A stretch of 64,000 nucleotides of DNA from Gnetum montanum (GCA_015680685.1 MNCI01002812.1:286181-350180); one strand, 5' to 3'; positions 49,005-62,420 are shown, counted from the first letter of the stretch. Notes: generated by a model not told the origin, from the sequence alone. A program made the numbers and translations.

Positions 49005-51392
49005 TCAAGATTGTGAATTGTGGATTGCAGGTTCTAATTTTACACTCTGAATATTTACAGATCTCGCGGCGTGGCGTTGCTGCGGTTGGGTAGGTAATTC
49101 CCCTTGCATTGTTGGAGCAGGAGGTGTTATGGGCACTACTTGAGGAAAAGGTGCGGGTGGAGTTAGAGGATGGACAGAATGTGGAATGTCTCCCGGAGGA
49201 GAAGGAGTCCTTCTGAAGTACTCCCGAGCGTAGTAGTGACGGCGTGGAGTGTGACTCATAGCGTCACCTGGAGAAACTGGCTGCTGCACATAATAACCAT
49301 AAGGATCAGGCTGCCGGTAAGGGTATCGATGTGTTGGCTGTGGCATCCCCCATGACTGTGGGTATTGCCACTGCTGATGTTGCTCGATGGGCTGCGGAGG
49401 TGTTCCACTTGGATAATACGTCAAGGGTTGGTGGAACTGCCTCGGGTTACCTTGTGGATAAGGTAACCTTCTGGGTGTTTGCCGTTGATTAAGTCTTGGA
49501 TTTAATGCATACACCCCAGACTCCTGCAGATGTGAGATAATTGGACAACATCCCTTAGGATGGTCATAATAGCAGACCTCACATCCACCGTCATTGTCTG
49601 AATCAGAATTTTCAGCCTCATCGGAGTTAGAGATTTTTCCCTTACCCTTGTTATGTGCAGGGTTAAAGTTTCTCCGCTTGTCTTTGCTTTTATCACTACT
49701 TTGCTCATCCTTAGACTCTTCTACAATTTTCAGGACTGTTTCTATTCGTGAGTCTAAGGAATCCCACATTTGGTCTACCTTAGCCGATACCTCCGTTGTT
49801 AACTTTTGGATCGGCACAGTTTTCCTGTTCACCAACTCTTCGAGTGGTGACTCATCCTCCTCATCACAGAATTTCACTCCCTTCTTACGAAGGGAGGGAT
49901 CACGGTTGTATTCCTCCGCACTTTCTCTTTTCCGTAGCTCACCCTCTTCTTGCGCTACTTGTTCCAACAATACTTCAACTTCATGGGCTCTTAGTTGGGA
50001 GAGTCTCCCTTGGGCGTAAGTCCCAAGAGTTCTTCTCGTTTCATTTCGTAGCCCATCCACGAGGTGGCGAAGTTGATCCCGCTTAGCGTACCCATGGCCC
50101 GGGCAACGATGTAGCAATGTGTAGTAACGGGCCATGGCAGCATCCAAGGATTCATGAGCTCCTTGTTTCCAGCCTTGGATCTGCTTACGCAAGTTAGACA
50201 CTCTGGAGTACGTTTGATATTTGTTGTTGAACAATTCAAGCATCGTACTCCACCTCCTGATGGTTTCCGGTTCTAAGGACCGGTACCAGCTTTCTGCTTC
50301 TTTAGTGAGTGTCCTTGGGAACAACTTGAGTTTCTGCCACTCATTGTCTATGTTCTGCAAGGCACAGGCATCGTGGAATGCCTGTAAATGATGTTGAGGA
50401 TCAGCGTTGTATCCCCCTTCAAAACGTGGGATATTATTTATATCCAAACGCTTGATCCTACTGTCTTTTAAATGCCTTGTGGGAATCCTAACTGCCTCTC
50501 TAATATCAAGCATACTTCGGGTTGCGAATAGGGGTTCGTCATGATCATCTCTTTCATGACGTCTGTGATGTCTACGTGGTGGTTCCCTATTCTCCCTACG
50601 TCCTTGCCCTTGTCCTAACTCCTCTCGACCTTCCTGTCGAGGCATTTCATCTCTTTTACCTTTACTCTCCGCGTTATGCTCATGGTGGCTGCGCCCAGAT
50701 GTGGAAGGAGAGGGTGAATGATGAGATGAAGGAGAAGAAGAAGGGGATCCATCACCATGGTGATGTTTCTTGCCTTCTCTTCGGCTGCTTCGGCCCCGAT
50801 CGTTGTGACGATCAACGAGTCCGTCATTAGTGTGAGTAGTTGTTCCTGCCGTGAACAGCTGGTGCTCACGGGGATCAGAGCCTGGAATATGTATCGTTGA
50901 TCTAAGGCCCTGATGCCTAACCTCTTCACTAGAGTGAGGAGGAGGAACATCATTTTCTAAGAAACCCATCGTGAGGGGTTCCTCTTCTCCTATTTCACTA
51001 ATGACGTGGGGAACCTTGCCCTTCAGTAGTGAATGTTGGCTCTCCTGCCTTGCATCCCGAATACGTTGGGCATTTGTGGGATGATAATCCCTTGTATCAT
51101 GGTCATCCAAAACGTATTCTGCGAACAGCTCATGCATGCCAATCCGTACCAAGGCACGGAAAAGCATGTTGGGAGCAGATCGATCTGGGGGTAACACGAT
51201 GTTACCTTGCATGTCTCTCCACCGCAGTTGCTCATCTTGATGGAAAACAAAGGTAAAATCCGGCACATACTCATCGGGATGAGTATATGTGACCTTAGAT
51301 TGTTGAGGACATGGTTGATCTCGGTTATGCGTATGATGCTGACTTTCTCCTGTATTGTCCTTAGGTGAGTTGATTTCGTGAGAAGAAGCCAT
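49005..51392 (-). CDS. gag: Open gag ORF of a young Athila-like element (3'-truncated)
   Basis: 795 aa. KLKLFPRTLTKEAESWYRSL...QGAHESLDAAMARYYTLLHRCPGHG (Retrotrans_gag-like) and a CEVCYYDHPKGCC knuckle. The last ~15 aa read into the older element. Confidence 0.92.
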   Translation of the reverse strand: MASSHEINSPKDNTGESQHHTHNRDQPCPQQSKVTYTHPDEYVPDFTFVFHQDEQLRWRDMQGNIVLPPDRSAPNMLFRALVRIGMHELFAEYVLDDHDTRDYHPTNAQRIRDARQESQHSLLKGKVPHVISEIGEEEPLTMGFLENDVPPPHSSEEVRHQGLRSTIHIPGSDPREHQLFTAGTTTHTNDGLVDRHNDRGRSSRREGKKHHHGDGSPSSSPSSHHSPSPSTSGRSHHEHNAESKGKRDEMPRQEGREELGQGQGRRENREPPRRHHRRHERDDHDEPLFATRSMLDIREAVRIPTRHLKDSRIKRLDINNIPRFEGGYNADPQHHLQAFHDACALQNIDNEWQKLKLFPRTLTKEAESWYRSLEPETIRRWSTMLELFNNKYQTYSRVSNLRKQIQGWKQGAHESLDAAMARYYTLLHRCPGHGYAKRDQLRHLVDGLRNETRRTLGTYAQGRLSQLRAHEVEVLLEQVAQEEGELRKRESAEEYNRDPSLRKKGVKFCDEEDESPLEELVNRKTVPIQKLTTEVSAKVDQMWDSLDSRIETVLKIVEESKDEQSSDKSKDKRRNFNPAHNKGKGKISNSDEAENSDSDNDGGCEVCYYDHPKGCCPIISHLQESGVYALNPRLNQRQTPRRLPYPQGNPRQFHQPLTYYPSGTPPQPIEQHQQWQYPQSWGMPQPTHRYPYRQPDPYGYYVQQPVSPGDAMSHTPRRHYYAREYFRRTPSPPGDIPHSVHPLTPPAPFPQVVPITPPAPTMQGELPTQPQQRHAARSVNIQSVKLEPAIHNSQS

Positions 51393-51519
51393 TTCTATTG
51401 GTGTGCTAATTTCACCGTTATTTATTGTTCTTGATTAACTGATTAACCCTAAGGTTCGTTTTAAGCTCACAACGATGTGAGTGATATCCCTTATGTTAAA
51501 TTGGCGAAAAAACACTTAG

Positions 51520-51537
51520 TCCCCGGCAACGGCGCCA
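51520..51537 (-). promoter_or_regulatory. Primer-binding site TGGCGCCGTTGCCGGGGA (tRNA-Asp type, typical of Athila)
   Basis: Intact 18-mer, 1 nt after the LTR end CTCATCA. Confidence 0.92.
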
Positions 51538-51538
51538 A

Positions 51539-52540
51539 TGATGAGTGGCGAGGTACCCCTACACTCCACCATACGAATACGAGCGTACACGCGCGATCCG
51601 GTCGAACTCCGCAGACTAAATGCCTTAACGCCACAAGAAACACTTGGGGTTAATCGTTCGTTGTCTTCCCAGGCTTGCTTGTATGTGTCACGGTGTATGG
51701 TTAAGCAAGTCTGAGGTATGTGATTTTTTTGGTATTTTCGGCTTATCTTCTATGCTACCAGGAGGAAGGGTTGAGAAAACTAAACTAACTCTAACTAAGA
51801 TCTAAGTCTAAATTAACTAGCGTCAGCATCCGTTCCCACTTGCCGGACACACCCTGAACTATGCAACTGCAGCTTACCAAACGCTAATCGTTACTGGGAT
51901 CGCCACACGTAACGCAAGTGCTCGAAGTGGTCGTACTGAGGCACCTATTTAGCCTACGTGTGATAAGCAGCCGATTCCTTAGCCAGCCGTACACACCCGT
52001 GGGTGCTCGTAACTAAGTCGTACTTATCACACGATCTAGCCTAGCAATGAGCAGCCGATTCCTCAACTAGCCGTACACATTAGACCCGGGAGTTACCAAG
52101 CGCAGAATCCTGGAATACGCTACTGGGTTACCAAGCATCCAATGCTCGTAATTGAGTCGTACTCATGCATTGCGTCAAGCAGCCGATTCCTTGACTAGCC
52201 GTACACGTCCGTAGACGCTCGTAATCAAGTCGTACTTGAACGCACTAGGAAAGCAGGAAAGAAAGCAATAAAACCATGTACTGCAAGGTTTATCCAATCA
52301 AGTTCGTCTTTATTGCCGTACACAACTTGGGTTCAGGTTACAAGCTGCTCGAATAAAGAGCCGTTCACTCTAGGACTCCTACTGCAGGCACATGGGGAAA
52401 AATTCTAACTCTGGAGTGATCAATCTGCCAGAGCTTCGCTACACTAGCCAGGATTGGAAAATGAAGGGAGTGCCGCCTCTTATTTATAGAAATGGCGGCG
52501 GGACGCGATATCGCGGCCTAGTGTAAGTCGCGTCTCATCA
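51539..52540 (-). repeat. Young 5' LTR, 1002 bp
   Basis: 7 bp terminal inverted repeats (TGATGAG/CTCATCA), CTATAAATA at ~52481-52489, CpG-rich, adjacent PBS. Confidence 0.92.
51820..52360 (-). ncRNA. Array of five covarying stem-loop motifs in the LTR R/U5 region (putative structured RNA)
   Basis: Conserved loop strings CAGCCGATTCC, GCCGTACAC, GCTCGTAA and GTCGTA separated by stems that differ in sequence but stay complementary. Confidence 0.65.
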
Positions 52541-54149
52541 ATTGCCATTGCAACTATTCCTCCTAATGTAGGATGAAGGTGAAATTGGGTACATACTCAT
52601 CAAGATGAGCATATACCACTTAATATTGCTAAGGCACCGGCTGATGATCTCCATCAGACTTGAGTAGAGAAGCACTCCTATGAAAAGAAGACATTTTCAA
52701 TGAGATGATAAAAATGTAGTGTGCTTTTAAATTTTTGTTGTAGTAATTGTAAAACATGGTATACTCTAATATTTGTTCCAACAATTTTGAATGATTTCCA
52801 CTAAATCCTAGATAACGCATGAAACAACCAAAAGGTCCCCAGTAACGGCTTTAATGATGAGCGGCGAGGTACCCCTACGCCCAACCATATGAATCACTAA
52901 GGCGTTCACACGTGATCCGGTGAAATTCCATGGACCTATAGTTCTCCAATGCACTAGTTCTTCTAGGAAGTGAAATGAGCATTGAAAACATTTGTTGTCT
53001 TCCCAACTACACTTGTGAAGCTCAAGGATATGGTTTAAGTGTAATTGAGGTACATGATTTTTATCATTTTATATTTTATAAGTTTAATTGCCTACAACAA
53101 TCATGAAAGGTAGAATAATTTAAAATCTATATAATTTACTACCTAGCTAACCTAACAGAAGTACCCGTCCCACTTTCCTAGACACATCATGAACACATAT
53201 AGTGTTGCTAGGCTACCAAATGTTAAATGTTGTTGGGTTACCAAATACTATATGTATGCTCGAAGTGATTGTGCTTGTGTTTATTAACAACTGGAAATTA
53301 ATTGCTTAAATTAAATGCACTAAAGTAAAGTACATGAAAGTATAGTGCATTAAAGGAAACATTAATCTATTCTCAGTGCTGCAAGGATTATCAAAAGGGT
53401 TTGTTTTTATTCCTGTCACTCTATTGCACGTAGGTACATCAGTGTTCAAACAAAGATCTGTACACACTTAGACTCCTGTTGCAGGCACTCAAAAAATATT
53501 CTAACTTTGGAAAAAAAAAACTACAAGAGCTTCACTACTCTATGCAAAACTATGAAAAACTATCTAAAAATTGTGAGACCAAGCACTATATTTATAGGTC
53601 AGCGTATACCTTGCAATATTTGACATTGTGTCCTAGGCGCTAACATTAGGTATCTAATGTTGTAGCTTCAATATTAGGTATTCAATATCAAAGCATGTCA
53701 GAACATGACTCATCAGGTACTATGTTTAGCAACCTATTTCTCTATGACGTTTCGCCAGCCACGCCTCATTCTAGCATCACTATTACTCTCCAAAGTACCA
53801 TCAAACCCATTCACCATCTACTCAAGGGGAGCATTCATATCCTTACCATCCTCTGCATCCATCTACACACACCCCTTTGCCCTCTACCCAGTTACCTCCT
53901 GCTTCATCCGTGCAAGGCAAAATCCCCCCATAACCATAGTAATGAAATGCTACCAGGGCTATATGTTCACAACTGGCCTTCAAACCGAGTGGTTCGGATA
54001 ATCGATCTAGGAAACGATCCTTCTTTTGACTCAATAGTCCTCCCAAACCCTCACAACCTAATGCGACTAGTTGTCCTCTATCTCCAACATCCTCATCCTC
54101 TATGTCAAACACATTCGAGTATTATTCAAACCAAACACCACCTGAGATC

Positions 54150-57100
54150 TACACTCTAATGTTAACTCATGCTATTTCTGATTGGATCAAGGCTGGCAAC
54201 CTTCCCATGAAGAGATTTGACCTAGGAAGTCCTCTTATTTACTTACAGATCAATAGACATGAGCCATGCAAGGCTCTTCTTGATTCTAGTTTAGGTGTCA
54301 ATCTCATCTCCAATGACATGTGCAAGGCTTGGAACCTACCTCCTCTCAGAAAGAGCAACATCCATTTGGAATTGGCCAACCAATCAATCATTGTCCCTTT
54401 GGGACTAGTGGAGGACATCGCGACCACAATTTGCGAATGGTCCTCTTTGATCAATTTTTTGGTGATCAAGGTCAAGAACTATAAAGGTGACTTTTCCATC
54501 ATTATGGAAAGGGTGTGGTCAAGCATTGTTAATGCATGAATGGACATCAGGGACCTCTAATTGGAAATCTCCAAGGAGAATGAATTTGGAAGACTAGAGA
54601 AGAAGCATGTTCCTTGCATTACATATAGCAATAACATTTGCAATTGCATGCAAAAAATCTAGTCCATCAAAAGTACATACATCAAAGAATGTAATCTATG
54701 TGCACATGAAATAAATATCCAAAGGTGCTTGTATGTAGCAGCCACAAAGCAAGAGGATACCCAATGGGTAACAATTGAGTCTGACAGTAACACATTATAC
54801 ATGGAACCAACTGAGAGCTTGACATGTGCTTATGTCAAAGACATGGATGAACTTGAGCAAGTTCATCACCAACTCTCCAATGATGAAGATGATGATACCT
54901 ATTGGGAAGAGTTGGGCATCCATGGTAATTTCAAGTAGGAGCCCCTAGAGTTAAAAAATCTACTAGCCAGCATGAAGTATGCATTTTTAAATAATGGCAA
55001 GCTAGTTGTAATTAGTGAAAATCTTGCTCTTGAACAAAAAGACAAGTTGTTGCAAGTGATCACCAAATCGCCAATAGCCTTTGCTTAGTCATATCTTGAG
55101 TTGACTGGAATCAATTCGAGGTTATGCCAACATTGCATTTACATTGACCCAGACATGAAACCAAGAAGGCAGCCAAAAAAGCAACTGAATCCCAAGTTGA
55201 AGTAGATCATCAAAGAGGAAATAGAATAACTCCTTAAGGTGGGGTTCATCTATCCCATCATGGATAGTGAGTGGGTTAGCCCACTTATACTTGTACTAAA
55301 GAAAGGTGGCGAGTCGCAAGTTTGCATCGACTTTAGGTTGTTGAACATGGCAACATTTAAAGATCATTTTCCATTGTCGTTTGTGGATCAAGTGTTGGAC
55401 ACCATTTCTAGGCATTGCTATTATAGCTTCTTGGATGGTTACAGTGGTTATAACAAAATCCAAATGGTACTAGAAGATCAAGCTAAGACAACATTCATGA
55501 GTCCTTGGGGAACTTTTATATATTGTAAGATGTTTTTTAGTCTATGCAATGCCCCTGCAACATTCCAATGCCTAGTCCTCAACATTTTTTAGCAACAAAT
55601 TGGTAGCAGGGTAGACATATTTATGGATGACTTCTCTCCCTATGAGGATACATTTGAGCAAGCCCTAGATCACCTTGAGCAGGAACTGAAAGATTGTGTC
55701 GAAACAAACATTAGGCTCAACTGGCAATAAAGTTATTTAATGGTCCAAGAAGGCATAGTACCAGGACATCAAATTTCACAAGAAGGGATTAAGGTAGACC
55801 TTGAAAGGACAAGGGTCAAGGAATCACACATCAACCAGAGATAATTAAAGATGTTTGATCATTCCTTGGATACACTGGCTACTATCGATGGTTCATAGAG
55901 AATTTCTCTAAGATTGCAAAGTTAGTGGTCAAGCTTACAAAGAAAGATGCTCCTTTCATATGGACTAAAGAATGTGAACATGCATTCTAATAGTTGAAGG
56001 ACAAACTCATAGAAACTCCAATTTTACGGGCACCAGCTTGGTCCAAACCATTTTACATAATGACATATGTATCTAATTATGCCTTGGGAGTTATGCTTAT
56101 GCAGTTGGATGATAAGCAATGTCCATATTATATCCACTCCATGATCTGACGCATTGTAGGTGCATATTTAAATTACATCACAACTGAGAAAGAACTAATG
56201 GCAATGGTGTATGCTCTTAAAAAGTTTAGGCACTATGTGCTTGGCTATATGGTGTTTATGCACATAGATCACAGTGCCATCCACTTCCTAATGAATAAGC
56301 TAATGGTGAGGCCCCGTATCATATGGTGGTTTATGATCTTGCAAGAATTTGATCTCACAATGGTAGATCAGAAAGGAACTAAGAGTGTGGTCATTGACCA
56401 TCTCTCTCAGTTAAGATGGGATAACAAAGAGGAGAAGATTCTACTCTCTAATCAATTTCCAAATGAATTCCTCTTTACAAAAGCAAGCAATGACCAAGTG
56501 TTCACTGAAACAAAATTGTACAATGGCATCCTCACTTACCTTCTCACTTAAGAGATGCCATAAGATTTGGAATTTAGGAAGAAATAATAGTTTCTTCATC
56601 AAGTAAAGTACTTCATGCAAATCAACAAACACATTTATAAGGTGTGCATCAATGGCCTAGTTCATTGGTGTGTCCCTAATATAGATCAACTATGCATTCT
56701 CCAAGATGTTCACAAAGGCCCTTATGGAGGCCACTATGCTAGGAGATGCATGACCATAAAAATCTTAATTGTAGGATACGATTGGCCTACAATCATCAGG
56801 GATGCCCACCAATTTGTTTGATCTTGTGAATGTTGTTAAGGAGAAGGTGGGATGACCACACAAATGGAGTGTCCTCAACAATGGATTCAACAACTAGAGT
56901 CCTTTAACATATGGGGCATAAACTTCATGGGTTCCATCACACCCATGGCCAATGGAAAGGTGTATATCATCATAGCAGTCAACTATTGCACCAAATGGGC
57001 AAAAGCAGCAGCCATCATTGACTGTACATCATCCACTGCTGCTAGATTTGTAAAACAAAATGTTGTAAATAGGTTTGGATGAAACATGTACTAATTTCTA

Positions 57101-57750
57101 ACAATGGAACTCATTTTATAGGTGCCACCTTTTGAAAACTTATGCAATGCTTAGGGGTTGAACATAAATTAACAACACCTTATCACCCCTAAGCCAATGG
57201 TCAAGTAGAGGTAACTAATAGGGAGATCACAAAGATCCTAACAAGGACTATAAGAAAATATAGGAGAGATTGGATCACAAAACTCAACAATGTCCTTTAG
57301 GCTTACTACTCAACATGGAAACTCCCTATTGGCTCCTCTTCCTACAAGCTAGTGTATGGAAAACTTCCAACACTTCTGATTCAATTTGAGCTCCATACAC
57401 TCTCAACAGCCTAAACCTTAACCTAAGTTGAGCACAAAAAGAAAGATTAATCAACCTCAACATGCTAGATGAAAATTGATTAGTGACCCTATTTTTGAAT
57501 GAAGTACACAAGGCATTCAACAAGAAATGACATGACTTGAGAATACGAAAAGTGAAATTTCAATTGGCATATAAGGTTCTCTATTGGAACCCCACACATG
57601 TACCCTAGAAAACAAAATTTCAAATGTTGTAGGAGGAACCATATATAATTGATGAAACCTTTCCTTTTGAAGCCATGACTGTATATAAACCTGAGAGCCC
57701 AAATAAAAATTAGTTGGTCAATATCCAACAAGTGAAGCTTTTCCATGAGC
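54150..57750 (+). pseudogene. pol: Athila-like pol: protease, RT, RNase H, integrase
   Basis: KALLDSSLGVNLIS, EWVSPL, YSFLDGYSGYNKI, IFMDDFS, TTEKELMAMVYALKKFRHY, HKGPYGGHY, WGINFMG and TTPYHP*ANGQVE, with many stops. Confidence 0.95.
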
Positions 57751-59824
57751 CAAAGCAAGCTAGTATAACAAATACCTCAATGGATGGACAACCATGCTCA
57801 ATTTTTTAGATCTCTTCCTTCCAACTTAGTCATGGGAGATATGGCCCTCTTTGCTAATCATTCATATGGCTCCTCAGTTTTTCTCCTTTTTGTTTTACAC
57901 ATTTTTATCTTTACATTTGTTATTTTACATCTTTTTGATTTTAAATATTTTTTCTATTTTACATCATTTTTTGCACCATCATTAGTATGTTTGAATCTTT
58001 CTTGAATATTTTTACATTTTCTACTATATTATACTTTGTTTTGTTTGAGTGTGATTTTCAAATTTTTACTAATAAAACATTCTTTGTGCCAATAGGACAT
58101 AGTGTTGTTGTAGCTATTACTAATGGTGGTTTGTGGTTTATGTTTTGTTTGCTAATGTCTAGTTTCTATTTTTGCATTTTTGTACCAATGGCTCAGTCAT
58201 GGTTTCTTTTTCATGGAATAGGCAGTGAGTCTACAACATCCACCCATTCACAAACTCTATGATTTTCCTTATTGTGAAAGTCTGAGGTCTCTATCATTAA
58301 ATCAACTTTTAATAAATTGGTAACCTTAGTAGTTTCCAAAATTGAGAAGGATTCAAAGGTTTGTACAATGTATGATTTCAGGGGGATTCAATACTCTTCT
58401 ACTTACTTGGGTGCTCGAGTGTTTTCATGGACTTCTTACCATTCCATATTGTCTAATACCAGGAAGTCTAATAAAGTCTTTATATGGTGTGGTTCCCATC
58501 CAAAAAGAAATAGGAAAAAACCAAAATAAAAATAAAATAAAATAAACATGATGGGAATTCAAAGCACATCCCTTAGATAAATAAATGGGCTACAAGCATT
58601 GGTTATGGGACTAGAAAGACATGTTATCCATGCTTGAAGGTCCCCTCTAACTAAGGCCCTCTCTCACTTCCTACTTCTCTTTTCTCTATTTATGGAATGG
58701 TGGTTGTTCTATGGGTGCACTCTTGTGTCTTGAGGGGGTGGATCAATCTTGGAGTGGTGATGCGAAGTCATTGAAAGAGGTTGGTTTTGGTCTAGACTTA
58801 GAATGGATCATCTAAGGTCATTTTAAACACAAACTTCACAAGGGATTTTTTATGACCTCAATTTGGAATTCCATTCCACCTTCTCCATCATCCATCTATG
58901 CTAACCATAATTCATCTCACTGCCAATGTCCATGTTCTTAATTTCGTGTGTCTTAGGTAGAATCTTCTAGGTTTTGGTCCTTAACTTCCATTGACCATTA
59001 ATCACCTATGGGGCCCAAGGACTCCTTAGGTTAAGGTTATACAAGGGCAAACAAGGCATGTGCTTGCTATGGGGAGGACCCACTTGTACATCTCTTAGTT
59101 GGGTTCATTAAGTACCTTATCCTTAGGCATTCTTGCACACGGAATCCTTCATACACCCATCTTCTACATCATACCATGAGCTCCTTTACATATTTTGTTC
59201 ATTAAACACATTCTCCATCAAATTTTTCAATTTTTGAGCTTTCAAAGATCCTCTTCAATGATTTCATCATATGCTTGGCTTTTCTGAGATTTGATGGATC
59301 CCAAATTCATTGGAAAATTCCATATATTTTTTTGAGATATTGACATTTTAAAATTTTTGTTGATACGGGGCCCCATAGATGGAGCAGACCCATATACAAG
59401 GCCCTGTATATGAGCCCCATTGACGAAAGGGAAAAATACTATATATAAGCATGACCCCAGTTAAAAAATTTTACCATTTTTCACAAATGCCAAAGGGGTT
59501 TTTCAAATTCTCAGAGCCTAGAACCTTCCAAAGCCCATAACTTCCACACTATTTATCCAAATCACTTCGTTCTTTGACCTTGCAGCTACCAAAGGTAAGC
59601 TCTTCATTGTGGGGGCCACAAATATACCATTTTTGATAGAAATGTTTTTGCCACTTTTTCTAACTCCCACAAAGGTTTAACTAAAAAATCAACTATTAAA
59701 CACTAAATTACAAGAGTTAAACCTTTCCAACAAGCTCTGGTAACAATTATAATTAATAATTAATAAAATAATCAATCTACCATGGTCCAACCTTNCAACA
59801 TCAGCAATAGAACACTTCCATTAG

Positions 59825-62420
59825 GATGATGCGCCAACATAACCAACAAATCTTGACATGACCTTAATAGAAGCTTGTCTAAATCATATCAAATCAAGGG
59901 AGATCCAAAAATTGATGCTCTAGGAGTTAAAATTTGGCCCTTTCCTAGAGCATGCACCAAGAGAAGTATAGGACCAGTTGAGGGCCTCTCCCATGTGGCC
60001 AATCATCTCTTCCACCAGGGAGAGATACATGGGAGAGACATTCCTATTTTGGAATAACATGTAGCCTAGATCAATAGTAAAAATTAAGGACATCTCAGTG
60101 TTCTACTCAGCGCAGGCCATTACTACGGTGCTTAGGTTGCTAGAAATAGGGATGAACCTTAATGAGATCCCAATGCAGGAAGATCCCAATATCAAGAAAG
60201 AATGGATGTAATGGTGCTATAGTGTTCACCATAAGGAGTTTGGCATGCTCGCATCGGTAGAGAGGATTCATTACAAGATTGCAGCCTTCCACCTCAATCC
60301 CATGATGAAGCCAAGCAAAATCACTGCCTTCTTTGCCTAAGTATACATTGCTTTGAGTGAGAGATTCCTAGTTAACCTTCCATAGCCAATCTATATAGAG
60401 ATGAAGAAGTGATTTAAAGAAAATGAATGTGGAAGGAAGGCACTCCCCTTTCCATGCCTCATTAGACAACTTTGTCGAAGGGGAGGAATAGGATGTTACA
60501 CCAATGATACTATCAGAATTGTTCTGCCTACCAACTAGGTGGAAATGATGAAGGATAAGACACCTGCAACCACTATCCAAGAAGAGGAGAAGCGATCACC
60601 ACCTCCACATACCACTCAGACAATTGTGCTAGGCATCGCTACAACTACTCAATGATTGTGTGAGTATCGGGAATGGCTCTTGAGTGAACAAGAGCAACAA
60701 GCAAGCATGAGTGGCAAACACCCATCCATATACAAACCAACAATGAGTCACCTAAATGAGGTGGCCCAAACAATTAGTTTGATGGGTGGAGGTGGATCCA
60801 TCATTTTAGCCCAAAGAACATAGTTGTTCACGAGGTTGACTCTAAGCACCAGAGAGGTCACAATATCTCTTGCAGAACAATAGCCACTTCCAAAAGTCTC
60901 TAGGAACATTGTGATTTTTTCACTATGCTTGGAGGAGGGTGAGGGGACAATAGTTTTGGTGATGTAGTACCAGCAGTAGGAAACTATAGTAGAAGTGGTC
61001 ATTGACCGTATTGCCAGAAGTCTCTACGCACCTATGGCATCTGCACTAGACATCACTACACTCAAAGATGTGTAGATATTCGCAGAGACCACAAGTGACA
61101 GAATAACTGTAGTACAACACAAGGATCTGCTAGATCGACTAGTAGGAACTAGGTAACCACTTCTGGATGTCTCTGACCTTCCAGAGAGTATTATTGCAAC
61201 CTAGTTGGAGTTGCTTGAGGCAAGGAGAAAGAACATCATATTGGAAGGGCAACGCAAAACAACCAAGGAGTTGAATGAATGCTTGGCTATGCAAATTGCC
61301 AAATTAAGAGCCCAAATTGCTGACCCTACATTTCTCAACCTAGAACTGATAAGAGATGAAGCTATGTAATAGCTTCAAAACTAATTGAAAGAGGTTGAAG
61401 GTGCAATGGAGATGGTGATGTTCTATCAATCCTTGGCAAAAGCCACATAGCACAAGATTCAGAAGCCCTTGAATTAGACCCACTTGGAGAATGTCCAATT
61501 GACTGCAAAAAATCATCACCTGTGAAATGTTGATACATACAAGTAACAGTTAACTGATTTCATCCATCAACAATAGGAGTAACTAGCCAGAGCAAATATA
61601 GAACTAAGGAGATTGGTAGCAGAGAATAGGAATCTCTTCATGGAGTAGGTTCATGCCCTTTACTAGAAAATTGTAATCGAGGTAGCTGCCTGGAAATAAG
61701 AGGCTCTTAAATTTGAGAGAGTCAAAGATAATTACAAACAGCATGTCAGTCTACAAAAGGAAGTAAATGAAAAACACATCCAGTTGGCAAAGGCAAAAAT
61801 GAATGAAGCCTTCCAGTAACTCTAGCAAGGTAAAGAATTATGATAACCCATCTTTGATGAAATAAATGCATACAACAAGGTAGAAATCCATACAATGGAG
61901 TTACAACTTAAGAAGATGATGGAGTACATGAGGCTTGCCAATCTTTGTTATGCAAATCTAGCCATGTTCACTACTGGATAACCACAGTTTAAACTTGAGA
62001 AGTAGGTGGCTAGCTCATACTTGTTGTACATGTGGTGGCAAACATTAAACTCAAAGTTTTCAAGGCATGATTCACTGATCAACGATCAACTACCTAGAAC
62101 TTGGCCAAGAGGATGAATGACTACTAAGAGCTATAGAACGCAGTTAAGGCATTTGACATTGAACACAAATAGTTCTTTGCTTGGTTTGTCAATGTAAAGG
62201 AGATGATCCTGATAATGCCTTGTCTATGGGGTGTCCCCCTTCTAGCCCACATTAGTAATGCCACATGGACTTTGAATGATCCCTGGAGCAAGGAGGAGAA
62301 GATGAAGGCATTACTAGATGTCTTTTGCCTTCCACTAGAGGTTGCAGCTACAACAGGACAGTCACATCTGCCTCAACTACCACATGTGTTTGGACCCAGC
62401 GAAGGTCCTTCAAAACCTTA
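59825..62420 (+). pseudogene. Extra 3' ORF of the Athila-like element (PF20167-like domain plus long coiled coil)
   Basis: GEIHGRDIPILE*HVA*I ... ALSERFLVNLP*PIYIEM, then an E/K/Q-rich heptad region. Sits between integrase and the PPT. Confidence 0.6.

Larger units (their letters stand above)
48831..53715 (-). mobile_element. Deleted Athila-like element nested in gag, 5 bp TSD GGTAC
   Basis: GGTAC at 48826-48830 and 53716-53720, with TG...CA termini. LTR at 52855-53715, decayed PBS at ~52836-52853, gag remnants at 52545-52680 and 48840-49050. Confidence 0.85.
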
